Shown here: positions 50,055 through 59,319 of the stretch, piece after piece
How positions within the stretch are numbered: position 1 is the stretch's first letter
How the letters are laid out: each line of letters begins with the position of its first letter
NCBI GenBank assembly: GCA_963777505.1
Contig: CAVZQN010000004.1
Span: 384,001-448,000 of the forward strand
DNA: 64,000 nucleotides
Direction: 5' to 3'
Origin: an uncultured bacterium
Lineage (GTDB): Bacteria > Acidobacteriota > HRBIN11 > JAKEFK01
Position numbers and translations under genes: made by a program
Notes under the pieces: model-generated
What the model was told of the DNA's origin: nothing
Database searches by the model: none
Seen by the model: only the letters and a program-made list of their open reading frames with translations

Positions 50055-53000
50055 ATGGGCTCGGGGCACAGTTCAGTAGAATTTAGTCGAACACAAGGAA
50101 TCCTTTCTGCTACAGCTCTTGGTGGAAACGTAATCCTTGGACTGGGCGTTTTTGTAGCAGGCGGGCAACTTGTACTGCAAACTGGCGGTGATGCGCCTCT
50201 TGTTTTTTGCGTTGCCGCACTCCTTTTCCTTCCATTCATTTTTAGCTGCGTTCAACGCAGTTCCGGAGCGGCATCAAGTGCCAGCTTTTATGCCGCTGCT
50301 CGCTCATCCGGCTCTTCATTACGATTGTTTTTTACAACATGGCTGATGCTCGCAGGTTATGTAACATTGGGAGCACTCCTGGCTTATGGCGCTGCATTAC
50401 GCGCAAACACTGGCCTGGAACGGGTCCTCGGCTTAGAAGTTGGGATCGAACTGGTTCTCTTTCTGATTGTTGCAATCGCTTTCGTCAAGGAGCTCTTCAC
50501 AAAAGTTGAAGGGTGGCGAAGCAGAACAATAATGTTTTGGACTTGTGCGCTTTTTCTCATGGTGCTGGCCGTTTTAGCATCTCTTGCGCGATTTCGAACG
50601 GGCGCCAGTATTCCAAAGATACAACCTCTGCAACATTGGCTAATCGGCGTTTCCATGCTGGCTTCCACTCTCTGGAGCATCGATATCGTTTTGAACTATC
50701 GCGGACAATTCAGGAATCCTAATCGCACAATTACCTTGAGTCTAATAATCATATTTGTGGGCGGAAGTCTTTTAAGTGCTCTAACGTCTGTAGAAGTCTT
50801 GCGCAATCCTTCTTTATTGATGCAAAACTGGCTCGAAGTACTTACCTGGAATGAAAGCCGCCTAGAGTTGCTGGTTCTAATTGCGGGTTTTTTGATCTGT
50901 GTTTCCGGTCTTTTGCGTGCGATGACTCGCATCACACGCCTTCTTGGATCGATGATTTTGGATGGTGCGCTGCCGAAATCAAATGATACTGGAAGAAGTC
51001 TTCAATACTATTCAGGGATATTGGTTGTTCTTCTTGCATCGTCCGCAATTTTTCTTTCAATATCGTATCTACTTCTCATTTCAGGTTTCGCGGCCCTGGT
51101 GGCTATGGTGCTTTATCTACAACCGTTGCTGAAAAAGGATCTGTCCCGAATCGTGCAGATTTCGCTTCCATTCCATCCTTTGATCCCAATGTTATCGATC
51201 GCAATGTCGATTTTCTTAATGTGGATTCTTCCCCTTCAAAATCTGTTCATACTTGGAATCTGGTTAATCGCAGGCGCAATCCTCTATTTCAGTTATGCAC
51301 GGAAAAAGATGTTACCCGCAATGCAACAAGAGCATGTATTTACCGCTCAAGGAGCCAAGCCATCGACTGAAGTATATCGAGTGTTGGCCTGTTTGAGTAA
51401 CGATGAAATAAACGAAAGTTTGGTATTGATTGGGTCCTCAATTGCTGCTTCAAAAAATGGAGAGCTTTTGGTTTTACGTATTCTGGAGACATCAGAATTT
51501 GTTCCAATGGAGTTACAACAGAGACGTGGAAAAACCGAATGGGATCGAATCCAGGATCAATTGCAAAAGCATCAATTGTCCGGGCGGGTTACAGTACCCG
51601 TTGTTCGAATGGCTCCAGATTCAATCTCAGGAATTAAAGCAACAATAAGAGAATTCGCGCCGGATTTTATTTTGGTAGAGTGGCCCGAAGAACCTGTTGA
51701 ACGAGTGCGCAAAAATCGATTGCAAAGTCTGTTGCAGTTAACTGCCCGGCCTCTTGGAATTCTAAAAGGTCAAATCAGTGAAAAGCCCAAAAAGCTGACA
51801 GTTGCATGCGGAAGCAGTGCCCACACGATTCAGGCAATACAGCTTGGAGAAGCGATTGCATCCGCAAATGAATCCACAATTGAAGCTTTGAGGATTTTCA
51901 AAAGAGCCGAATCTGATCAAATCGCAAAAGAGACAATTCAATCAGCGATCGATCAATCCGAAACAAAAATTCCTCCAAAAATAGTTGTTCATGCAGAAAA
52001 CGATCTTGAAGAAGGAATCCTGAAACAGGCAGAAACCAGCGATCTGCTTTTATTGGGAGCATCGGATGACCCAATTTCCGGACGGCCATTGCCCGATGGG
52101 CAGTCCATGGAGATCGCTCGCCAAAGAAAACAAGCCACTCTTATTGTGAAAAGCAAAGAAGAGTCAGGCAGGTTTCTGGTACGGCAGATGCTGGCTCAAT
52201 TGACAAATCGAGTGACGGCTCTAACACCGAAAGAACGATCGGAATTGTTGAGTCAATTAAGAGTTGGACTGCAAGCCCGCACAGATTTTTATTTGATGGT
52301 CGCTCTCGCAGCATCAATTGCGATTACGGGACTGATCATGAATGACGGCAGCATAGTTTTAGGAGCTATGCTCGTTTCACCATTAATGAGTCCTATTGTT
52401 GGAATTGCATGTGGAATTGCTTTAGGCAACCTTGATCTGATGCGACGTTCAAGTGCATCTACCTTTAAAGGCATGTTTCTTGTACTGGGTGTGGGCGTGC
52501 TGATGACATTTATTCTTCCAACCGGAGAGCCTACAGACCAAATTCTGTCCCGAACTCATCCCGGGATTTATGATTTGCTGGCTGCTCTTGCAGCGGGAGC
52601 TGCGGGTGCTTATTCGCTTGGCAGACGACCGGTTGCAGGCGCGCTTCCAGGAGTTGCTATGTCGCTTTCGCTGGAGCCTCCTCTTGCTACTGCCGGTTAT
52701 GGATTGAGTACTTCCCAATTTTGGATTACAGGCGGAGCGCTCTTGCTTTTCTTAACGAACCTGGCTGCGATTGTACTTTCGGGTGTTGGAGTCTATATAT
52801 TGCTCGGACTGCGTCCCCCAAAAAAATCTGGTGTATCGATTGTCGGGAAAGCGGTTGCCAGCGTGATTCTTGTTACTCTCATTCTGATTGTTCCGCTTGG
52901 ACTTGGCACTTATAGTGCGGTACAAAAGGGCCATCTTAAGTTCCAGATAGAATCGCAATTTCGAGATGCGGCTTTGCATGAACGTTTTGAACTACTGAAA

Positions 53001-53192
53001 TTGAAAATCTCAGAACATGAAAACGGTTTCTTAATTCATCCCACGGTGCTCGCATCAGAAGAAGTGACTTCAGAAAAAATTGAAAAGTTTCGAAAGGCTA
53101 TTGAACAGAAAGTAGGATCGCCGATTCAGATTGACGCAATAATCCTGCAAACAAAACGGATTGAATCCCCATCAACAAACAAGAAGGAATGA
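50055..53192 (+). CDS. Fusion of APC amino-acid permease-like domain, USP-like domains and DUF389
   Basis: N-terminal 12-TM-like region (PFHPLIP), central RVLACL and DLLLLGAS (USP), C-terminal GAMLVSPLMSPI, QILSRTHP, AGALPGVA and LFLTNL (DUF389). Confidence 0.78.
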   Translation: MGSGHSSVEFSRTQGILSATALGGNVILGLGVFVAGGQLVLQTGGDAPLVFCVAALLFLPFIFSCVQRSSGAASSASFYAAARSSGSSLRLFFTTWLMLAGYVTLGALLAYGAALRANTGLERVLGLEVGIELVLFLIVAIAFVKELFTKVEGWRSRTIMFWTCALFLMVLAVLASLARFRTGASIPKIQPLQHWLIGVSMLASTLWSIDIVLNYRGQFRNPNRTITLSLIIIFVGGSLLSALTSVEVLRNPSLLMQNWLEVLTWNESRLELLVLIAGFLICVSGLLRAMTRITRLLGSMILDGALPKSNDTGRSLQYYSGILVVLLASSAIFLSISYLLLISGFAALVAMVLYLQPLLKKDLSRIVQISLPFHPLIPMLSIAMSIFLMWILPLQNLFILGIWLIAGAILYFSYARKKMLPAMQQEHVFTAQGAKPSTEVYRVLACLSNDEINESLVLIGSSIAASKNGELLVLRILETSEFVPMELQQRRGKTEWDRIQDQLQKHQLSGRVTVPVVRMAPDSISGIKATIREFAPDFILVEWPEEPVERVRKNRLQSLLQLTARPLGILKGQISEKPKKLTVACGSSAHTIQAIQLGEAIASANESTIEALRIFKRAESDQIAKETIQSAIDQSETKIPPKIVVHAENDLEEGILKQAETSDLLLLGASDDPISGRPLPDGQSMEIARQRKQATLIVKSKEESGRFLVRQMLAQLTNRVTALTPKERSELLSQLRVGLQARTDFYLMVALAASIAITGLIMNDGSIVLGAMLVSPLMSPIVGIACGIALGNLDLMRRSSASTFKGMFLVLGVGVLMTFILPTGEPTDQILSRTHPGIYDLLAALAAGAAGAYSLGRRPVAGALPGVAMSLSLEPPLATAGYGLSTSQFWITGGALLLFLTNLAAIVLSGVGVYILLGLRPPKKSGVSIVGKAVASVILVTLILIVPLGLGTYSAVQKGHLKFQIESQFRDAALHERFELLKLKISEHENGFLIHPTVLASEEVTSEKIEKFRKAIEQKVGSPIQIDAIILQTKRIESPSTNKKE

Positions 53193-53199
53193 CCATCAA

Positions 53200-53838
53200 A
53201 TGAAAGAAATAAACAAAATATTCCAGAACAATCAAACATGGGCTGCACAAAAGTTAAAAACCGATCCGCAATATTTTAAGAAATTATCCAAAGGACAAAA
53301 TCCAAAATTACTCTACATCGGATGTTCGGATAGCAGAGTTGCTGCAGAAGAGTTGATGGGATTGCAGCCTGGTGAAATTTTCGTTCAAAGAAATATCGCG
53401 AACCTTGTGGTGAGTACTGACAATAATCTCAATGCTGTTGTGCAATATGCCGTTGAGCATTTGAAAGTAAAACACATCATCGTTTGCGGCCATTATGATT
53501 GTGGCGGAGTGAAAGCTGCCTTACATCCCAGTGATATGGGACAACTGAATAGCTGGTTACAAACACTACGTGATGTATTCCGTTTGCATCAGGCAGAATT
53601 GAATAGCATTCAGAATGCCCGCGAGCGATTTGACAGATTAGTGGAATTGAATGTGACAGAACAATGCATCAACCTCATCAAAATTGATCACGTTCAGCGT
53701 TCCTGGTACAAAACAGGATTCCCTAAAGTTCACGGCTGGGTATTTGATGTGCGCACAGGTGTTTTGAAAGACCTGCGTATAAAGCTGGAAGAAGTATTTG
53801 GCGAGATCCGAACGATTTATGATTTAAAGCCGGTTTGA
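53200..53838 (+). CDS. can: Beta-class carbonic anhydrase
   Basis: CSDSR, RNIAN and GHYDCGG motifs. Confidence 0.93.
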   Translation: MKEINKIFQNNQTWAAQKLKTDPQYFKKLSKGQNPKLLYIGCSDSRVAAEELMGLQPGEIFVQRNIANLVVSTDNNLNAVVQYAVEHLKVKHIIVCGHYDCGGVKAALHPSDMGQLNSWLQTLRDVFRLHQAELNSIQNARERFDRLVELNVTEQCINLIKIDHVQRSWYKTGFPKVHGWVFDVRTGVLKDLRIKLEEVFGEIRTIYDLKPV

Positions 53839-53840
53839 AA

Positions 53841-53984
53841 GTTTGTAGTAAGTTTGTAGTAAGGCACGCTGGCGAATCTGCCGAAGGCAGATGAGGCAGT
53901 GCCGTGTAGTCAGCTCACGGCACTGTCTCGCATACGCTCGACTGCGTGCCTTACTACAAACAGCCAGCGTACCTAACTACAAAC
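53841..53984. repeat. GTAG-type REP/MITE-like nested palindrome
   Basis: gtttgtagtaaggcacgc ... gcgtgccttactacaaac perfect 18-bp inverted repeat with internal hairpins and duplicated ends. Confidence 0.75.
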
Positions 53985-55116
53985 ATTTTATTAATACGAT
54001 TGTTCTATCATCAGATTGCGGTGCCGATCCGACGAATGCTTCCAACGCACTCTGAATTTCTGGAAGGATTTGGTCCGGTGACTTCTGTGCATTGCTTTTT
54101 AAAATGTCCTTCAACCGCTCATCTCCAAATTCCTGATCCTCGACATTGAACCCTTCAGTAATGCCATCGGTGTAAAGCAAGATTACATCTCCATGATCGA
54201 TTTCAATCTGTTCTTGTGTACATTGCATCGATTCCATGATTCCCACGACAGATCCGGTTGGGCTCAATTCAAAAATATCGTCTTGACTCGCTCTATACCA
54301 GTATGGGGGATTGTGTCCGCAGTTTACATACGTAAGGAGCCTTTTTTCCGGATCAATTTCTACATAAAAAACAGTGACGAACATGCCTCGGGCTGCATCT
54401 GCGCAGATCAAAGCGTTGGACTGAGTGAAAATTTCGGCAGGAGTGAGTGATGTTTGTGCTTTTGCTCGCACAATGCTTCGGATCGAAGCCATGAACAATG
54501 CTGCCGGCATACCTTTGCCCGAAACATCTGCAATAACAATTCCCTGACGGTCTTTACTTCGAATAAAGTCGTAATAATCACCGCTGACTTCGCGCGCCGG
54601 CTGCCAGTTCGCTGCAAACTCCCATCCCGGAATTTGTGGCATGTTGAGTGGAATCAACTGCGATTGGACGCGATATGCCATTTCACGTTCTCGTTTATGA
54701 GCGCGAGCCAGTTCCTCATTTTTCTCCGCCAGACTGCGACGCAACTGATCCATACTCAGGTGTGTATTGATACGCGCCAGCAATTCATGCGGATTAAAAG
54801 GTTTTCCAACATAATCCACCGCACCAACTTCAAAGCCGGAAACGATGTCAGCCGTTTCTGTTTTGGCTGTCAGGAAAATAATCGGAATGTTGCGCAAGGT
54901 TTCTGACTTTTTGATTTGCCGGCAGGTTTCAATACCATCAAGTTCCGGCATCATCACATCCAGCAGTATCAGATCTGGCTGAACTTTTTCCAGCACCTGG
55001 AGTGCTTGTTTCCCATTGGTCGCGATACTCAGTTGGTATCCTTTTTCCTTGAGAATTCCAGACAATATCTGAATGTTCGCGGGTGTGTCATCGACAATCA
55101 GAATGCGTTCGTTCAT
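53977..55116 (-). CDS. Response regulator receiver + PP2C phosphatase (RsbU-like)
   Basis: ILIVDD, LLDVMMP, KPF; SGDYYD, ADVSGKG, YTDG and DDRT motifs. Confidence 0.92.
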   Translation of the reverse strand: MNERILIVDDTPANIQILSGILKEKGYQLSIATNGKQALQVLEKVQPDLILLDVMMPELDGIETCRQIKKSETLRNIPIIFLTAKTETADIVSGFEVGAVDYVGKPFNPHELLARINTHLSMDQLRRSLAEKNEELARAHKREREMAYRVQSQLIPLNMPQIPGWEFAANWQPAREVSGDYYDFIRSKDRQGIVIADVSGKGMPAALFMASIRSIVRAKAQTSLTPAEIFTQSNALICADAARGMFVTVFYVEIDPEKRLLTYVNCGHNPPYWYRASQDDIFELSPTGSVVGIMESMQCTQEQIEIDHGDVILLYTDGITEGFNVEDQEFGDERLKDILKSNAQKSPDQILPEIQSALEAFVGSAPQSDDRTIVLIKCL

Positions 55117-55175
55117 AACTTAACAATGATAAACTAAGATTTCGATTTACTGCAAAGAATGAGAACACTCAACAA

Positions 55176-55970
55176 ATGAAAATATTGAAGTCAATAAAAG
55201 TGAAGTTTTTGCCTGGAACATTGGTTGTTGCGATGATTTTTTGTGTCCCTTTAACTCTCATCGCTCAACAGTCTCCTGCAACTCCGCAAGCACAGACAAC
55301 CATTAATCCGATTGAACCTGTTGCACTTGAAACACTCCAACGCATGAGTGATCTTCTGAAGAACGCCACGAAAATCACTTTTACAGCAAACACAACACGC
55401 GAACAGCCAGCCACAACCGGGCAACTGCTGGAGTTTTTTTACACTTCACGCGTGTCACTGGTTCGACCAAATCTATTTCGAGTCGACGTTGAAGGAGACA
55501 TCTGGACTGCGAGCATCTGGTACGATGGAAAAAAAATAACCTTAATGGATCCAAGAACAACTTTTTATGCACAAGCGGATGCTCCACCTACAATCGATGA
55601 CACAGTAATGTTTCTTGTTGAGAAATTTCAAGCACCTTTACCCCTGGCAGTGCTTCTGATGTCTGACATATCAAAAAAAGCTGTTGAAGGGTTAAAAACC
55701 GGCTTCGAAGCCGGAGTTGTTATGGTTAATGGAATCAAGTGCCGCCAGCTTGCCTTTACAGAAGTCGAAGCTGACTGGCAACTTTGGATTGAAGATGGCC
55801 CCAATCCTCTTCCACGGAGATTATCGGTAACCTACAAAAAGATGGAAGGATCCCCTCGCGTATCGATTTCGTTTTCGGATTGGAATTTGGATGCCGTGAT
55901 TCCTGCTAATACTTTCGTTTTTAACAAGCCAGAGGGAGCTACAAAAGTGGATGTGAAGCCAGTTCAGTAA
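55176..55970 (+). CDS. DUF2092 family periplasmic protein
   Basis: LQRMSDLL, RPN, WYDGK, PPTIDD, DWQLWI and PLPRRL motifs. Confidence 0.8.
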   Translation: MKILKSIKVKFLPGTLVVAMIFCVPLTLIAQQSPATPQAQTTINPIEPVALETLQRMSDLLKNATKITFTANTTREQPATTGQLLEFFYTSRVSLVRPNLFRVDVEGDIWTASIWYDGKKITLMDPRTTFYAQADAPPTIDDTVMFLVEKFQAPLPLAVLLMSDISKKAVEGLKTGFEAGVVMVNGIKCRQLAFTEVEADWQLWIEDGPNPLPRRLSVTYKKMEGSPRVSISFSDWNLDAVIPANTFVFNKPEGATKVDVKPVQ

Positions 55971-55989
55971 TCGCACATCAAAGGAGACT

Positions 55990-56465
55990 ATGAAAAAGTT
56001 ATTGTTATTTTTTTTAGCTTGTTCTTGATTGCCTTGTGTGTAATTCCGGCAGATGCGTGGGTTGCGTCTGGAGGCGCTTACAATGGTGCGGCTGTTGGTC
56101 CACGTGGCGGATCGGTTTACGGCCCGAATGGGGGTGGCGTTGGAGCACGTCCCTATGGAGGATGTTGCTCTGGAGGTTATAACGGTTATAACGTTGCAGG
56201 CCCCAGTGTTGCTACTGCTAAAGGTGGAGCAGCTCCAGCGGACGGAAGTGTTACAAAATCATCCGTGCCTGGGACAACCTTTTTCGTAGCACCGGAACCG
56301 ACTGGGCCAAAGGCCGCCATTGGTACGATTCTTTATAGCTTACCAAATGGATGCATCTCCACATTTACGAATGGTATTTCTTATTATCAGTGTGGTAACG
56401 ACTACTACCGAACTTTTTATCAGGCAGGTACGCTCGTATACGAAGTTGTTCCGAAACCGTATTGA
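55990..56465 (+). CDS. Secreted DUF6515-like protein, frameshift in a T-run near 56010
   Basis: RBS aaggag, MKKLLLFF joins SLFLIALCVIPADA-W; C-terminal AIGTILYSLPNGC..YYQCGNDYY..YEVV. Confidence 0.6.
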
Positions 56466-56526
56466 TACTCTTACCTTGCTTCGACATCACAATTGTTTTT
56501 CCATCCTCCGGATTATCTGGCCCCAG

Positions 56527-56562
56527 CCACGGAAATACGGAGTTTGCTACTTTATTCCGTAG
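56527..56562. promoter_or_regulatory. Tandem palindromic operator, copy D
   Basis: CCACGGAAATACGGAG-n4-CTACTTTATTCCGTAG. Confidence 0.7.
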
Positions 56563-56602
56563 GTAGATCGACCTCGTCCTCCAATTCTCGACGTGCTCGG
56601 AC

Positions 56603-56617
56603 TGGCACGAGCCTTGC
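56603..56617 (+). promoter_or_regulatory. sigma54 promoter
   Basis: TGGCAC-GAGCC-TTGC, exact consensus. Confidence 0.75.
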
Positions 56618-56706
56618 CTAAATCGAAGGAGGAAGAACTCTATATCCAATAATCCTGACCCGAGGAATCGTAATTGTTCTAAGTTATTCGTTAATGGAGA
56701 ACAACA

Positions 56707-58323
56707 ATGGAAAAGGATGAAGAAGTTAAGACGCCTGAAAATATTGAAGATCCGCTTGGTCGCACAGACCAGCTGACTTCGCAAGAGATTCCACCTGGAG
56801 TGGATCGTCGAACTTTTATGATGCGAAGCGCTGTCGTTGGAGCTACAGCGGTCATTACAGGCCGCTATCTGTCTGCAGAGGAAAAGACAAAAAGAGCAAC
56901 AGGAACACCGCCGAAATTAGATCCCACTCTCAATGTGGTGAAGAAGGGTAAAGGTCCAGTGATGACGACTCTGGAAGAATTCTACAAAGTTGGACCAGGC
57001 CCATCAAGTTCGCACACAATCGGTCCGATGCGAATTACGTATGATTTCTATCAACGTTGCACAAAACTTCCAGCGGATCAACTCGCCAAAGCAACAGCAT
57101 TGAAAGTTCACTTGTTCGGCAGCCTCAGTGCCACGGGCAAGGGTCATGGCACGGAACGCGCAGCGCTTGCGGGTGTGGTAGGCAAAGAACCGGCAACAGT
57201 CGATCCCGCATTTCTGGATGGCTTGCGCGACAACCCAAATCAAACTTTCCCGGTCAAGCTTGGCACATCAACAATCAACGTTACTTTGAAAGATGTTGTT
57301 TACGATGCCGAAAAGGGTGACTTTAAACACCCGAACACGATGACTGCAAAACTCCTTGCTGGAAACGATGTTCTGCTTGAGCAGGAATATTACTCTGTGG
57401 GCGGAGGATTTATTGAGTGGAAAGGGTACACACCTCCGAAGAAAAATCCGCCAAAGTATCCTTATGCAACGATGAAGGAACTGCGAGAACACGCAGAGAA
57501 AAACAAGTTGTCGATTGCGCAAGTCATTCTTGCGAATGAGATGGCAATCACTGGAAAAAGTGAACAGGAAATTTATGCTTTCATCGACAAGATCACCGGT
57601 GCAATGGTTGCGATCGTAAAGTCAGGGCTTGGTGCTCCGGAAGATTCCGTGCTCCCAGGGCCGATCAAACTGAAAAGCAAAGCAGCGACCGTGTACAGAC
57701 GCGCGATGGACGAGTCTTACCAGTCCGATCGCGGGATTGGTGCGTTGTCCGCGTATGCATTGGCTGGATCTGAAGAAAACGGACGAGGTCATCTTGTAGT
57801 TACCGCACCGACTGGAGGATCCGCTGGAGTTTTACCAGCTCTTGTCTACGGTTTGGGTGAAGGCGGACGAAAGCTTTCACAGGACAAAATCCGGCAGGGG
57901 ATGCTTGCTGCAGCAGCAATCGGATATTTGTGTAAGCACAATGCGACCTTTCTGCTGCCGAAGGCGGATGCCAGGCAGAAATCGGTGTTGCATCAGGAAT
58001 GGCTGCTGCATTAGTCGCAACTGCCCATGACTCGAGTCCCAGGGTCGTTGAGAATGCAGCGGAATCGGCAATCGAACATCATCTAGGAATGACATGCGAT
58101 CCAGTTGCTGGATACGTTCAAATCCCATGTATTGAGCGCTGTGCATTCGGCGCCGTCAAAGCGTGGACTGCTTACGCAATAGCTAGCAATGAACTTGAAT
58201 CCCAACATCGCGTAACTTTGGACGAAACGATCACAGCATTAGCTCAGACCGCGAAGGACATGAACACCAAGTACAAGGAAACAAGCGAAGCTGGACTTGG
58301 CCCTTTCCGTAACTCTCTGCTGA
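56707..58323 (+). CDS. sdaA: Fe-S L-serine ammonia-lyase (single chain) with Tat-like N-terminus; frameshifts near 57950 and 58300
   Basis: GPGPSSSHTIGPM, GSLSATGKGHGT, YYSVGGGF, VTAPTGGSAG, (A)EGGCQAE, GMTCDPVAGYVQIPCIER and YKETSEAGL; DRRTFM twin-arginine motif. Confidence 0.88.
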
Positions 58324-58371
58324 TTGAGTTGTCCGGTTCGAAAACGTTAGTAGCAATAACTCGGAGGATTT

Positions 58372-59310
58372 ATGGTTCAAAAAACCGGAACTGGAAAATA
58401 CGAACAACTTCTTGTGAGATGTCAGAGTCTTGAACCCATTCCAACCGCAGTCGCACATCCTTGTGAAGCTTCCGCTTTAGAAGGTGCAGTTGAGGCAGGT
58501 GAAAAGGGACTGATCAAACCAATTCTAGTGGGGCCTGCTTCCAAGATTCAAGAAATTGCGAAATCCTTGAAAATCGATCTCGGTGGAATCCAAATCGTGG
58601 ATGCTTCGCATAGTCATGAATCTGCTACGAAAGCAGTGCAGTTAGTTCGTGAAGGAAAAGCGGAGCTGCTCATGAAAGGCAGCCTGCATACGGATGAGCT
58701 CATGTCCGCGATTGTTTCTCGTGAAGGTGGACTTCGCACGGGGCGTCGCATCAGTCATGTATTTGTTATGGATGTTCCCACCTATCACAAAGTTTTAATC
58801 GTTACTGATGCAGCAATCAACATCGCTCCGACATTGGAAGATAAAGTAGATATCCTTCAAAACGCAATCGATCTAGCCATCTCACTCGGTCTGGAAAAAC
58901 CGAAAATTGCAATTCTTGCTGCAGTGGAAACAGTGACATCCAAAATGCCCGCGACAATTGATGCAGCAGCACTATGCAAGATGGCGGATCGCAAACAAAT
59001 CACAGGCGCCATTCTGGATGGACCGCTGGCATTTGATAATGCGATCAGCAAACAAGCTGCAGAAACAAAAGGAATTAAATCCGAGGTTGCTGGTGATCCT
59101 GACATTCTTCTTGCGCCGGATTTAGAATCTGGAAACATTCTGGCGAAACAACTCAGTTTTCTTGCAAACGCTGATAGTGCGGGCCTTGTCCTTGGAGCAA
59201 AAGTACCTGTAATTCTTACAAGTCGTGCCGACAGTGTTCGATCCCGAATCGCAAGTTGTGGCGTCGCTATGCTTGCGGCGCATGCAAGACGTCAAGCAGT
59301 TGCAAAGTGA
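58372..59310 (+). CDS. Phosphate acetyl/butyryltransferase
   Basis: LMKGSLHT, TDAAINIAP, DGPLAFDNA, GNILAK and LTSRAD motifs. Confidence 0.92.
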   Translation: MVQKTGTGKYEQLLVRCQSLEPIPTAVAHPCEASALEGAVEAGEKGLIKPILVGPASKIQEIAKSLKIDLGGIQIVDASHSHESATKAVQLVREGKAELLMKGSLHTDELMSAIVSREGGLRTGRRISHVFVMDVPTYHKVLIVTDAAINIAPTLEDKVDILQNAIDLAISLGLEKPKIAILAAVETVTSKMPATIDAAALCKMADRKQITGAILDGPLAFDNAISKQAAETKGIKSEVAGDPDILLAPDLESGNILAKQLSFLANADSAGLVLGAKVPVILTSRADSVRSRIASCGVAMLAAHARRQAVAK

Positions 59311-59319
59311 GGTGATTTT

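Noticed and set aside
55151-55166. 13-bp match (tgcaaagaatgag) to the sigma54 promoter at 32888
   Set aside because: On the minus strand the -24 positions read TT, not GG, and no operator pair is nearby
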